From: a virus
Taxonomy: Duplodnaviria > Caudoviricetes
Reading direction: 5' to 3' (one strand)
IMG/VR virus record: IMGVR_UViG_3300048575_000381
Span: 1-33,173 of that record
Length of the DNA: 33,173 bases
Notes under the pieces: generated by a model
The model's input: the letters and a program-made list of their open reading frames with translations, nothing else
Told to the model about the DNA's origin: nothing
Database searches by the model: none
Position numbers and translations under genes: made by a program
In this document: positions 9,404 through 18,537 of the stretch, piece by piece
Layout: each line of letters starts with the position of its first letter
Position numbering within the stretch: position 1 is the first letter of the stretch

Positions 9404-10959
9404 TTGTCCGAGAACTGTATGCAAAGCTGGGATTGGATTTTGATGATACCAAGCTAAAAAAAGTTGAAGAAAAGCTCGATGGTCTGAAAGGCACACTGAC
9501 GACCATTGGTCTTTCTGTCACTGCTGCATCGGCAACTCTTTTCGGATTCGCAAAATTCACCGCAGACGCTGGCGAAGAAGCCAGCAAAGCCGCTCAGAAA
9601 CTTGGAATCAGCGTCGGAGCATTGCAACGGCTCGAGACCGCTGCCTACCTGGGCGACGTTTCGATGGAGAGCCTTCAGCAGAGCCTCGGGGTGCTTTCTC
9701 GACAGCTCGTTTCCGCAAAGGAAGGCTCGGCAGACGCCGCAAAAGCCCTTCGCAAAGTCGGACTTGATACGCGCGCGTTCGGCGGCAGGCTTCCAACTAC
9801 GACCCAAGCTTTAGGCGCGATCGCTGATCGCTTCGCCTCGATGCCTGATGGAGTGGAGAAATCCGCTCTTGCAATGGACCTTTTCGGTCGCGCTGGCCGC
9901 GACATGATTCCTTTCCTGAACAAAGGTTCCGCTGAAATCGCCAAGGCTGCGGCAATGGCAGACAAGTACGGAACCGTCTTGAGCGACGTGGACGTTCAGC
10001 TCTCCAATGAGTTTAACGACACGATAAAGGAGAGCACGCTCGCCCTCAAAGGACTCCGAAATATCTTGGGCATCGGCCTCATTAAAGTCATCAAACCACT
10101 CGCCGAACAGTTCAATGCTTTCATTTCCGAAAACCGCGTGAGGCTCGCTGAGAAAATCCGCTTTGTCTTCGACGGAATGGCAAGGTTCGTTCAGATCGTT
10201 TGGAAAGCCATGCTTGCGCTCGTCGAATCCGTTGGCGGATTCCTAGATACCTTCGGCGGACTCGAAAAAATTGCCTTGATCCTCGGTACAATCGCCGCCG
10301 TTTTCCTCGGCGGAAAGCTCCTTTACGGCATTGGTTCAGTAGTCCTTGCGGTATGGAACGCGGTAGCGGCTTTCACAGCGATGGATCTCGCCGCCCTTGC
10401 TATCCCAATTGCCATCGGTGCGATTGCTGTGGCGGTCGGCCTATTGATCGACGACATCATCACGTTCTTTCAAGGTGGGGACAGCTATTTTGGGAAGTTC
10501 TTGGCTAACTTCCCGGTACTTGGAAAGGCGATTCTCGGCACATTTTCGCTCGTAAAAACCGCCGTCATGGATGTGGTGAGCGCACTTTCTATCATCTTTG
10601 GATGGGTCATGAAGGTCGCAACGGCGGTTGGAAACTTCCTTGCTCCTGTATTCTCCGCGCTCGGCAAGGCCATTGGCTTTGTGGGTGGCAAGCTTGGAGA
10701 AAAGCTCGGCCAGTTCGACACGACCGGCGCTTACGATCTTCTCAACAGAAACGCTTCTCCCACGTCCTCGCCAACGACCTCCACCTCAAACGTGCAGGCT
10801 CCGGTGCGCGTGGATTCCAACATGACTTTTAATGTGGGTCCGAACGTCGATCCGACAACCGTAGCACCGAAGCTCCAGAACTCAATTGACGATGGATTCT
10901 CCGCACTCATTCGCAAAGCAAACAGTTCTTATCTTGGGGAAGGAGCTCCGGTCTACTAA
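9400..10959 (+). CDS. Tape measure protein
   Basis: IVRELYAKLG start, Ala/Gly-rich helical, AMDLFGRAG motif, hydrophobic central segments; 519 aa. Confidence 0.88.
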   Translation: MIVRELYAKLGLDFDDTKLKKVEEKLDGLKGTLTTIGLSVTAASATLFGFAKFTADAGEEASKAAQKLGISVGALQRLETAAYLGDVSMESLQQSLGVLSRQLVSAKEGSADAAKALRKVGLDTRAFGGRLPTTTQALGAIADRFASMPDGVEKSALAMDLFGRAGRDMIPFLNKGSAEIAKAAAMADKYGTVLSDVDVQLSNEFNDTIKESTLALKGLRNILGIGLIKVIKPLAEQFNAFISENRVRLAEKIRFVFDGMARFVQIVWKAMLALVESVGGFLDTFGGLEKIALILGTIAAVFLGGKLLYGIGSVVLAVWNAVAAFTAMDLAALAIPIAIGAIAVAVGLLIDDIITFFQGGDSYFGKFLANFPVLGKAILGTFSLVKTAVMDVVSALSIIFGWVMKVATAVGNFLAPVFSALGKAIGFVGGKLGEKLGQFDTTGAYDLLNRNASPTSSPTTSTSNVQAPVRVDSNMTFNVGPNVDPTTVAPKLQNSIDDGFSALIRKANSSYLGEGAPVY

Positions 10960-11657
10960 TGGCACTCCTATCACTCCTCACAGGCGAGCCCGTTAGAACG
11001 AAATTCCGAAGCCAGGATTTCGCGGCGGATCTTTTTCTCGTAGACGCGACAATCACCGAGGTTCCGACTTACGAGTCCGACATCACTGAACACGCGGTTG
11101 AAGATGGGCCGGACGTTTCTGACCACATCCGACCAAAAAATATCTCGCTTGAAATCGAAGGAGTGATCTCGTCTACGCCTCTTAACCTTAGTGCCCAAGC
11201 GCAAGGGCTTGTTTCCGCAGCGGGATCAATTCTGGGCTCTCAACTCGGAGGATTCGGTTCTGCTGCCGGTGCAGTAGGTGGCGCGTTCGCTGGAGCCGCA
11301 CTTTTTTCGGAGGCAGACGATCCGGCAAAAGTAGCCCACGACATGCTGACCTCGATTTGGAAAAACCGAAGGCTCGTCACGGTCGTTACGGGTCTGACCC
11401 AATACGAAAACATGGCGATTCTTTCGCTTTCTTTCCCGAGAGACCAGAAAACGGGAAAGCAACTGCATTTCAGAGCAACGCTCAAGGAAGTCCGAAAGGT
11501 CACCGCGAAGACCGTCGCCATCAAGAAAGTGCAGCCTTCGGTCAAACACACGGCTCCCGCAAAGGCGGACCTCGGAAATCAATCCGCAACGCCAGCGCCG
11601 AACGTGCGCTCAAGCCTCGCGGTAAAAATCGGAAACTTTTTTGGAGGTGGAAATTGA
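10959..11657 (+). CDS. Baseplate / tube-initiator (Dit-like) protein
   Basis: ITEHAVEDG.DVSDH and VVTGLTQYENM motifs; follows tape measure. Confidence 0.8.
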   Translation: MALLSLLTGEPVRTKFRSQDFAADLFLVDATITEVPTYESDITEHAVEDGPDVSDHIRPKNISLEIEGVISSTPLNLSAQAQGLVSAAGSILGSQLGGFGSAAGAVGGAFAGAALFSEADDPAKVAHDMLTSIWKNRRLVTVVTGLTQYENMAILSLSFPRDQKTGKQLHFRATLKEVRKVTAKTVAIKKVQPSVKHTAPAKADLGNQSATPAPNVRSSLAVKIGNFFGGGN

Positions 11658-11977
11658 TCCTCCAAATTCCAATCCGTTCAGATATTCCGGCTTACGAGTT
11701 TCAGATCACCCTTGAGGGTACTCCTTACCGCCTATCATTTCGCTACAACCGTCGCCGCGAACGATGGGCAATGGACATCAAGAATCAGCAAGGCGACTCC
11801 GTTCTCTCAGGCATTCCGATTCTAGTCGGCGCTGATTTGACTTCGCGTTTCCGCGCTGAGGGCGGACCTCCGGGACGTTTCTTTGCCGTGGATTCATCAA
11901 ACCAAGATTTGCCGCCGACCGAAGCCGATCTCGGAAACCGTGTGCTGCTTTATTACGAGGAGGCCAACAGTGGATAG
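11654..11977 (+). CDS. Small baseplate protein
   Basis: Start re-called to TTG 11654 (GGAGG SD, overlaps upstream stop); FRYN.R..RWAMDI and DLGNRVLLYY motifs. Confidence 0.75.
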   Translation: MILQIPIRSDIPAYEFQITLEGTPYRLSFRYNRRRERWAMDIKNQQGDSVLSGIPILVGADLTSRFRAEGGPPGRFFAVDSSNQDLPPTEADLGNRVLLYYEEANSG

Positions 11978-12812
11978 CCAAGAACTGTTTGACCGCTTCG
12001 CGGTTCTGAACTTCGGCTTGGAGGGTGCGAAAGGGCAAAGCTATGCCAGCCGTATCTATTCCCAAGATCCCGCCGATCCGGGGGCTCCTGGCTTCCGCAT
12101 TGGTTTCAAGGTCGAGAAGGATAGCTCTGCGACCGTCAATAAAGCGGAAATCAGAATCTACAACCTGACCTCCAACTCACGCGGCTTGGCTGAAAATCCC
12201 AAAAACGTAGTCGAGCTTTTTGCGGGATACGGAAAAGAGCCAAAGCTCATCTTCCGCGGCAATCCTTCGCGCGTGATCTCAAGCGTTGGCGGCCCTGATT
12301 CTGTCACTACGTTTGAAGTCGGAGATGGGCTCAAGTCCTTCCAGAACTCCCGAGTGGACGTCAGCTTTAAACAGGGCACTCCGGTCGCCGACGTTTTTCA
12401 AACCCTCACGAATGCAATGGGTCTCGCTCGTGGCGAGCAAAAAGACATTCCGCAAAAGGCATTTCCTGGAGGTCTTTCGCTTTCCGGGCCCGTGCGCGAC
12501 CACATGAACTACTTAACCGGCAAGCTTGATCTTGAGTGGTCAATCCAAAACGGCGCTGTCCAAATTCTCCCTAAAGGAAAATCGACCTCTCAGGCCGCTT
12601 TTCTTCTTTCTTCCGAAACCGGACTGATCGGAAGCCCCAACAAAAAAGACAAGGGGCTAGAAGTCGTAAGTCTACTCCAACCGGAAATCAATCCGGGCCG
12701 GATCGTCGAAATCAAAAGCAAATTCGTCAATGGTCAGTTTCGCGTCGAGAAGGTTTCCCATGAAGGAGACACGGCTGACACCGCTTGGTTCACGAGGATT
12801 GAAATAACATGA
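11970..12812 (+). CDS. Baseplate hub protein
   Basis: Start re-called to GTG 11970 (GAGGAGG SD); IRIYNL, LFAGY, WSIQNG, TGLIGSP motifs. Confidence 0.8.
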   Translation: MDSQELFDRFAVLNFGLEGAKGQSYASRIYSQDPADPGAPGFRIGFKVEKDSSATVNKAEIRIYNLTSNSRGLAENPKNVVELFAGYGKEPKLIFRGNPSRVISSVGGPDSVTTFEVGDGLKSFQNSRVDVSFKQGTPVADVFQTLTNAMGLARGEQKDIPQKAFPGGLSLSGPVRDHMNYLTGKLDLEWSIQNGAVQILPKGKSTSQAAFLLSSETGLIGSPNKKDKGLEVVSLLQPEINPGRIVEIKSKFVNGQFRVEKVSHEGDTADTAWFTRIEIT

Positions 12813-13510
12813 GTGATCCAAACTTTTCCCCGCAACTTGAAGAAGTTTTTAAGAATGCGATCGAGCAGCGTCTCGTTCAGCTTCACACCTCCATGCCCGG
12901 AGTGATTGCGAAATACGATCCTCAAAAGCAAGTTGCGGATGTCCGTCCGGCGCTCAAAAGAAAATACCCGGATGGTCAAATCGTAGAGCTTCCGCTTTTG
13001 ACCAACGTGCCCGTCGCGCACCCGCGCGCGGGTAAGGCGCGAATTCACCTTCCTCTTAAAGAGGGCGACTCCGTTGAAATCTGCTTCAGCGAACGAAGCA
13101 TTGAAAACTGGAAAAGCAAGGGCGGAATCGTCGATCCCGAAGACCCGAGAAAGCATCACCTCACAGATGCCTACGTGAAGCCGTGCCTATACCCAAGCAA
13201 AGACCCGTTCAGCGTGACCGAACCGGAAGCCATCGAGATCGTGAACGATACCGCTGAAATTTTCATTAAGGCCGATGGCAGCGTTTCGATCAAAGGTAGT
13301 TCTCTTTTGCTTGGAGATCATTCGCTTTCCGAGTTCGTGGCGATCGCATCCAAGGTGAAGCAGGAAATCGAAGCGCTTCGCACCTGGGCATCCACGCACA
13401 CGCATCCTTATGTCGATTCGCCAGTCGGTCCTTCAGTGACAAGCCCGCCGCCGTCTCCACCTCCCGTCGTGAATGAGATGGGAAGCACGAAAGTAAAGGT
13501 GTCCACATGA
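12809..13510 (+). CDS. Baseplate spike (gpV / Gp138-like)
   Basis: LHTSMPG, FSERSIENW, RKHHLTDA; C-terminal HTH (HxH) metal-binding tip motif. Confidence 0.85.
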   Translation: MSDPNFSPQLEEVFKNAIEQRLVQLHTSMPGVIAKYDPQKQVADVRPALKRKYPDGQIVELPLLTNVPVAHPRAGKARIHLPLKEGDSVEICFSERSIENWKSKGGIVDPEDPRKHHLTDAYVKPCLYPSKDPFSVTEPEAIEIVNDTAEIFIKADGSVSIKGSSLLLGDHSLSEFVAIASKVKQEIEALRTWASTHTHPYVDSPVGPSVTSPPPSPPPVVNEMGSTKVKVST

Positions 13511-13869
13511 GCGATCTTAAAATCGGTATTGATGGCGACCTTGAAATAAAAAACGGTGATTTTCAGCTCACCATAAGCGACGACGCCGTAAGGCAGCATT
13601 TGCAGCAACGGTTGCGCACATTTTTGGGAGAATGGTTCCTCGATCTCGACGTGGGCGTTCCTTACTTCCAGGACATTCTCGTAAAAAATCCAAACATCAA
13701 TCAGATCGACGGAATCATCAAGAACGTCATCTTAACCACTCCAGGAGTCGTCGAGCTTTTGAGCTTCACGATGAACTTCGATCAGACCGCTCGAAGTCTC
13801 AGCATCGAGTTCGAGTACACGTCCTTTTCTGGGGAAATCAACTTTTTCACAGAGACTTTCGGGGGGTGA
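13507..13869 (+). CDS. Baseplate wedge / sheath initiator (gp25 / DUF2634-like)
   Basis: RLRTFLGEWFLD..GVPY and TPGV motifs. Confidence 0.8.
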   Translation: MSDLKIGIDGDLEIKNGDFQLTISDDAVRQHLQQRLRTFLGEWFLDLDVGVPYFQDILVKNPNINQIDGIIKNVILTTPGVVELLSFTMNFDQTARSLSIEFEYTSFSGEINFFTETFGG

Positions 13870-13872
13870 CCA

Positions 13873-15366
13873 ATGGCATTTGGACTTACAGCGACCGGAC
13901 TTGAGATTAAAAGACTTGCCGACATTAAACCTGAAATTGAAGACATCCTTCGCCAGCGGCTCGGCAACTCGATCAATCTAATGCCGGAAGCAGTTTTCGG
14001 GCAGATCGTCGGCACTTTCTCTGAACGCGAATCCGAGATTTGGGAAAAGGTTGAAGACGTTTATCACTCCCAATATCCCGACGATTCCGAAGGTGCGAGT
14101 CTCGATAATGCGGTCGCGTTCAGCGGAATCAGGCGTCTGGAGTCTGCGAAATCCGTGCAGAGAAATCAGCTTCTCTTCGGTGATGTAGGCACCACTGTCC
14201 CGGTGAATACGCAGTTTTCGGTCAATGGAAATCCAGACGCGAAATTTAAAACAAGAAATTCCGCAACGCTTGTCGCTGGGTTGAATGCGATTCAAAGCCT
14301 GAGCTTTTCCGCCGATCCCGATGCAGGCTCGTTCACCTTGATCCATCGCTCGCAGACGACGGTTTCTATCCCATTTGGAGCCGCAGCCCTCGACGTGCAA
14401 AACGCGCTGAATGGTTTGCCGCATTTGAGCGGCGTAGTCGTAACCGGCGACTTTTCAACCGGCTTTTCTGTGGAGTTTGACGATGACGACGGCCTTCAGG
14501 CCCAGCAGCTCATTGGTCTCGGTGCAAATTCTTTGACTGCCTCCGCGGTGCCGGTCGTCGTGACGATCGCGCCAACTCAGGTCGGGCTCCCTCAAGCGCT
14601 CGTTGACCTGGAAGCCGTAGACGCGGGTCCAGTCAATGCGCCTATTGGAACGCTCACGGTGATCGACACTCCGGTTTCTGGGCTCAATCGGACCATCAAC
14701 GTCGAAGCGACAGTCATTGGCAGAAATCGAGAGAATGACGTCCAACTCAAGGCGCGCCGAGAGGAAACTCTTGCGGTCGGAGGCAATGCCACCATCGAGG
14801 CAATTCGGTCCAAAGTAAAAAACCTGGAAGCCGTCACGGATGCTTTCGTTTTTGAAAACGATACGCTCGTAACCGACATCGACGGACGCCCTGGAAAATC
14901 TTACGAATGTGTCGTTGACGGCGGTGATGAAGACGCTATTGCCGATGTGATTTGGAAATCGAAGCCCGGAGGCATTCGCACTTACGGGCAGATCAGCAAG
15001 AACGTCATTGACTCCCAAGGCGTAACCCGCGTGATCCAATTCAGTCGCCCAACGCAAGTTCAAATTTTTACGAGCCTCGATCTCACGGTGGACGTCGCTA
15101 CATTCCCGGTCAACGGAGCGCTGAAAGTGAAAGAGCTTCTATTGGCGTGGGGATCGTCTCTGGGAATCGGTAGAGACGTGATTGTGTACCCGCAGCTCGT
15201 CGCTCAGCTCGCGTCGGTTCCGGGAATTCTCGACGTGCGGGTTCGCGTAGACACTTCTCCAGTTTCAAATACGCCTGGTGCCCCTGCCGTCGATGACAAC
15301 ATCGACATTCAACCTTTTGAAGTCGCTTCCTTTGCAGACAGCGACACGGTGGTAAACGTCCTATGA
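13873..15366 (+). CDS. Baseplate J-like wedge protein
   Basis: FGLTATG, EGASLD, GRNREND..L, FENDT, KPGGIRTYG, FSRP motifs. Confidence 0.88.
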   Translation: MAFGLTATGLEIKRLADIKPEIEDILRQRLGNSINLMPEAVFGQIVGTFSERESEIWEKVEDVYHSQYPDDSEGASLDNAVAFSGIRRLESAKSVQRNQLLFGDVGTTVPVNTQFSVNGNPDAKFKTRNSATLVAGLNAIQSLSFSADPDAGSFTLIHRSQTTVSIPFGAAALDVQNALNGLPHLSGVVVTGDFSTGFSVEFDDDDGLQAQQLIGLGANSLTASAVPVVVTIAPTQVGLPQALVDLEAVDAGPVNAPIGTLTVIDTPVSGLNRTINVEATVIGRNRENDVQLKARREETLAVGGNATIEAIRSKVKNLEAVTDAFVFENDTLVTDIDGRPGKSYECVVDGGDEDAIADVIWKSKPGGIRTYGQISKNVIDSQGVTRVIQFSRPTQVQIFTSLDLTVDVATFPVNGALKVKELLLAWGSSLGIGRDVIVYPQLVAQLASVPGILDVRVRVDTSPVSNTPGAPAVDDNIDIQPFEVASFADSDTVVNVL

Positions 15367-15938
15367 GTTCAACCTACATTTCAGATCACATCGTTCGGGC
15401 AAAAAACAGATTGATCGAACAGTATCGCGGAAAGCCCAAGATCGAGGGCGTTCTTGAAGCGATTGTTGCTCCCATCCAGGACATCGAAGACGTGCTCGAG
15501 CAACTAAAGCTTGAACGATGGATCGAGACCGCAATCGGGGTTCAGCTCGACAAGATCGGGCGAATCGTTGGCGCGGAAAGAGAAATTGGTCAAAACGACG
15601 ATGACTTCAGGTTGGTCGTAAAAGCACAGATCATCATGAACCTGAACCAAGGCACGCCCGAAGAAATCATTTCAGCGGCGAAGTTTTTTATCGGTGCGGC
15701 ATTCATTTGGTATCTCGAAGTCTATCCGGCTGCCGTCGACATTTTTTCAACCACGATTATTCCAGAGCCGAATCGAGCGAAAATCCGAGCGCAGCTCAAG
15801 AAGTTTTTGCCTGCCGGAGTGTCGCTCGATTCCTTCGGTCAATTTGACGAGACAAATCCATTTATTTTCAGCGGAGGCGCAGGCTTTGGGGACGTGAACG
15901 ACCCAGGCGTCGGCGGCCTTCTGGCGGATCTTTACTGA
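15363..15938 (+). CDS. Baseplate protein, DUF2612-like
   Basis: AIGVQLDKIGRIVG, DDDFR, PAGV motifs. Confidence 0.82.
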   Translation: MSSTYISDHIVRAKNRLIEQYRGKPKIEGVLEAIVAPIQDIEDVLEQLKLERWIETAIGVQLDKIGRIVGAEREIGQNDDDFRLVVKAQIIMNLNQGTPEEIISAAKFFIGAAFIWYLEVYPAAVDIFSTTIIPEPNRAKIRAQLKKFLPAGVSLDSFGQFDETNPFIFSGGAGFGDVNDPGVGGLLADLY

Positions 15939-15950
15939 GGAGAGTGAACT

Positions 15951-16844
15951 ATGGCGATTCCAAAACCTACCGTTGCAAGACTTGATTGGGTTCCTTCTGG
16001 AGATCCCGACAAAATTTCAGAGCCATCCGGCTCGAAAAAAACACAAGGCTGGTCACCCAATGAGCCGCTTCCTGCTCAGCAAGAGAATTGGATTCTCTAC
16101 TCGCTGAGCAAATGGCTGAAATACTTTGAAGACCTTACGGACAAAAACCCCGAGAAGGTCGTGGCTACGCTGGGAACATCGGCGCAGGTCACGTCGGGAG
16201 ACGCGGATTACGACGATCCTCAAGATGCTTACGATGCTGCGGCGGCCGCCGGCGGCGGTGTCGTTCGCGTTCTGGACGTGACGGTCGTTGGAAACCTCAA
16301 CATGAACTCTAATAACGGAATTGTATTCCTCGGCTTGGGTGCCAAGTCGATCATCCAAGGCGTCTTGACCATCAGCGGAAATAAAAATGCTCTGCGTGAC
16401 CTAACGATTGACGGAAATATTTCGATCTCAGGCTTCGATAATATTTTCGACCTTCAGCAGACCGCAGCCGCGACGTTCGCAAATACCGGCTCTGACCGAA
16501 ATCTGTATCGGGTCAATAAAGGAACTGCCGGAACGATCGTGAGTGGCGGTCAGCAATCAAATCTTCTGGTTACGACAACGCCATTTCAGATCACCGAAGC
16601 TCACAACGGCATGACCCTCAACGTGGATGTGTCCGCCACACCGAAGACTTTGATTCTTCCTCCTCCGAGAAAAGGATTCCGAGTTCGGATCAAAGATCAC
16701 CTTGGAAATGCTGATGTCAACGCGATCACGATCCAGAGAAATGGATCGGAACTGCTCGAAAGAATCGCTGCAAATTTTATTTTGGAAGCGGCCTTTGGGC
16801 AAAAGCAAGTTGCTGCTGACGGAACAAACTACTTTTTTGAATAA
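15951..16844 (+). CDS. Tail fibre protein
   Basis: Baseplate-anchor motif KTQGW.PNE.LPAQQENW; beta-helix-like middle; C-terminal TLILP..IKD..NAITI module. Confidence 0.75.
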   Translation: MAIPKPTVARLDWVPSGDPDKISEPSGSKKTQGWSPNEPLPAQQENWILYSLSKWLKYFEDLTDKNPEKVVATLGTSAQVTSGDADYDDPQDAYDAAAAAGGGVVRVLDVTVVGNLNMNSNNGIVFLGLGAKSIIQGVLTISGNKNALRDLTIDGNISISGFDNIFDLQQTAAATFANTGSDRNLYRVNKGTAGTIVSGGQQSNLLVTTTPFQITEAHNGMTLNVDVSATPKTLILPPPRKGFRVRIKDHLGNADVNAITIQRNGSELLERIAANFILEAAFGQKQVAADGTNYFFE

Positions 16845-16856
16845 GGAGAGCCACCG

Positions 16857-18461
16857 ATGGCAAAGGTAAAGAAAATCTTCAAGACAAATGGAACCCTGGT
16901 AGTGCCAGCGGGCGTAAAGAACATTCGCGCGAGGAAAGTTTTTGTTCATAGCCTCCTAAAGTTTTGGGGCTATGACAACATGGCCGACTTCGCAAGCGGC
17001 ATGGGCTTCGTTCACTTCATCGACTTCGACAACAACATGTATGGCTGGGGCTCCAACGTGAACTTCAGCGTGACGGGTGCCATTGGTGACAACAGCCAAG
17101 TAAACCAGTCCATCCCTCAACTTGTTTCTGGCGGCAGAAAATGGAGAAGACAAGCGGCTGGAATCGCTAACCCAGCCGGGATCACTCTCGACGGCGATCT
17201 CTACACCTGGGGACCGAATCAAGGCGGATCGATTGGGAACAATACGACCACGGCAGCTTTCAGCTCTCCCGTTCTGGTGGCCGGAGGTCTGAAGTGGCGC
17301 GAAGCCCGTATCCCTTGGGGGATTACATTCAGCGGCGACCTTTACATGTGGGGGTTCAATAACTTCGGATGTCTCGGCGCTGGGTTCAACACGCCAACGA
17401 TGGTGAGCACGCCAACGCTCACCATTGGAGCGAAAAAGTGGCGCAAAGCCATGACGACCGGAGCACTTTCCTTTGGTCAGGACATCAATGGTGACTGGTG
17501 GTCGTGGGGAAATAATGCCGATTTTTTCGGATCAAATATCACAGGCCAACTCGGAGCGGGACTCACTATTGCGGCCGTAAGCTCGCCCGTTGCCATCTCG
17601 GGCGGGATCAAGTTCCGCGAAGTTATTCCCGGTCCCGGAGTCTGGGGAATTTCGGAGACGAACGATCTCTATGTCTGGGGTCAAGGCGGTCCATTCTTCA
17701 ATGACGCTTCGGAAGCGGTCATCACTGCATCGACGCCTTTCATCACGGTCAACTACAAGTCTTACAGCACTCCAACTCTGGTGACCGATTATGGAAAAAT
17801 AAAAAAGGTCGCTCCTCTGGCTGGCGTCGGTTCCGTAGCTCTGGGCTTTGGATCTACTCAAGCTCGAAAGATGCTTGCAGAGGATGGAACGCTCTGGTGT
17901 TGGGGGTGGGATGGAATTTTCTTCCAGTCCTCTTGCGGAAATGGTCTGCCACAAGGGTCTTCAACTCCGGTCATCATTATGCCCGGAAAGAAATTCAAGT
18001 TCATCTCGTTCAACAATGCCACTCGCCATTGGGTGATCGAAGAAAACGGAGACATGTGGGCGTGGGGAGACAACTCGCTCGGCGCGCTTGGAATTGGTAT
18101 CCACGACAACTCTTTCGTCTTCCGGTCCACGCCGACCATTGTCGCCGGTGGCAGGAAGTGGGATTGGGTCGTTGACCATGCGGGCGGATTGCTCGCACGC
18201 TCCACAGATGGATCTCTCTGGACTTGGGGCTCCACGTTGTTCAGCAATACGGCTGGATTCCCTGCGAACCTTAGCTCGCCGGTTCCTGTTCGCAACAGCC
18301 TCTTTTTCAAAGAAGGTCTCGAAACAGAAACAACCGACATTCAGGTCACTCCCGGAAGTTCATACGCCGTCGTTGTGACGACGGGATTCCCGAGAGTCGG
18401 AGATACGCAACTCGGCACCAATCCGTATGCCGATTGGGTGGAAGTCGAATACGACATTTGA
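16857..18461 (+). CDS. RCC1/BLIP-II-like repeat beta-propeller, probable receptor-binding protein
   Basis: Eight G.L(Y/W).WG ... S.P..V.GG.KW repeats; AAGGAG SD; follows tail fibre. Confidence 0.8.
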   Translation: MAKVKKIFKTNGTLVVPAGVKNIRARKVFVHSLLKFWGYDNMADFASGMGFVHFIDFDNNMYGWGSNVNFSVTGAIGDNSQVNQSIPQLVSGGRKWRRQAAGIANPAGITLDGDLYTWGPNQGGSIGNNTTTAAFSSPVLVAGGLKWREARIPWGITFSGDLYMWGFNNFGCLGAGFNTPTMVSTPTLTIGAKKWRKAMTTGALSFGQDINGDWWSWGNNADFFGSNITGQLGAGLTIAAVSSPVAISGGIKFREVIPGPGVWGISETNDLYVWGQGGPFFNDASEAVITASTPFITVNYKSYSTPTLVTDYGKIKKVAPLAGVGSVALGFGSTQARKMLAEDGTLWCWGWDGIFFQSSCGNGLPQGSSTPVIIMPGKKFKFISFNNATRHWVIEENGDMWAWGDNSLGALGIGIHDNSFVFRSTPTIVAGGRKWDWVVDHAGGLLARSTDGSLWTWGSTLFSNTAGFPANLSSPVPVRNSLFFKEGLETETTDIQVTPGSSYAVVVTTGFPRVGDTQLGTNPYADWVEVEYDI

Positions 18462-18469
18462 GTGTCGAG

Positions 18470-18500
18470 CGTTCGACATGTCGAAAATGAAGCGGTGAAA
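18470..18500 (+). promoter_or_regulatory. Palindromic intergenic motif, copy 2
   Basis: cgTTCGACATGTCGAAaatgaagcggtgaaa; perfect 14-bp palindrome at 18472-18485. Confidence 0.65.
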
Positions 18501-18537
18501 GAGTCCATGCGGTGTCGGAATATCAACTCAAAACCGC

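Noticed and set aside
11357-11653. N-terminal extensions in the ORF track (11357, 11883, 6433, 21254, 27664, 28915)
   Set aside because: Better downstream starts exist with SD, promoter or stop-start overlap support
16857-18461. DGR target or invertible tail-fibre shufflon
   Set aside because: No reverse transcriptase, no template/variable repeat pair and no inverted alternative fibre ends seen in the window
18472-18485. Palindrome as a LexA/SOS box
   Set aside because: Does not match CTGT-N8-ACAG or CGAAC-N4-GTTCG; the host's own box is unknown
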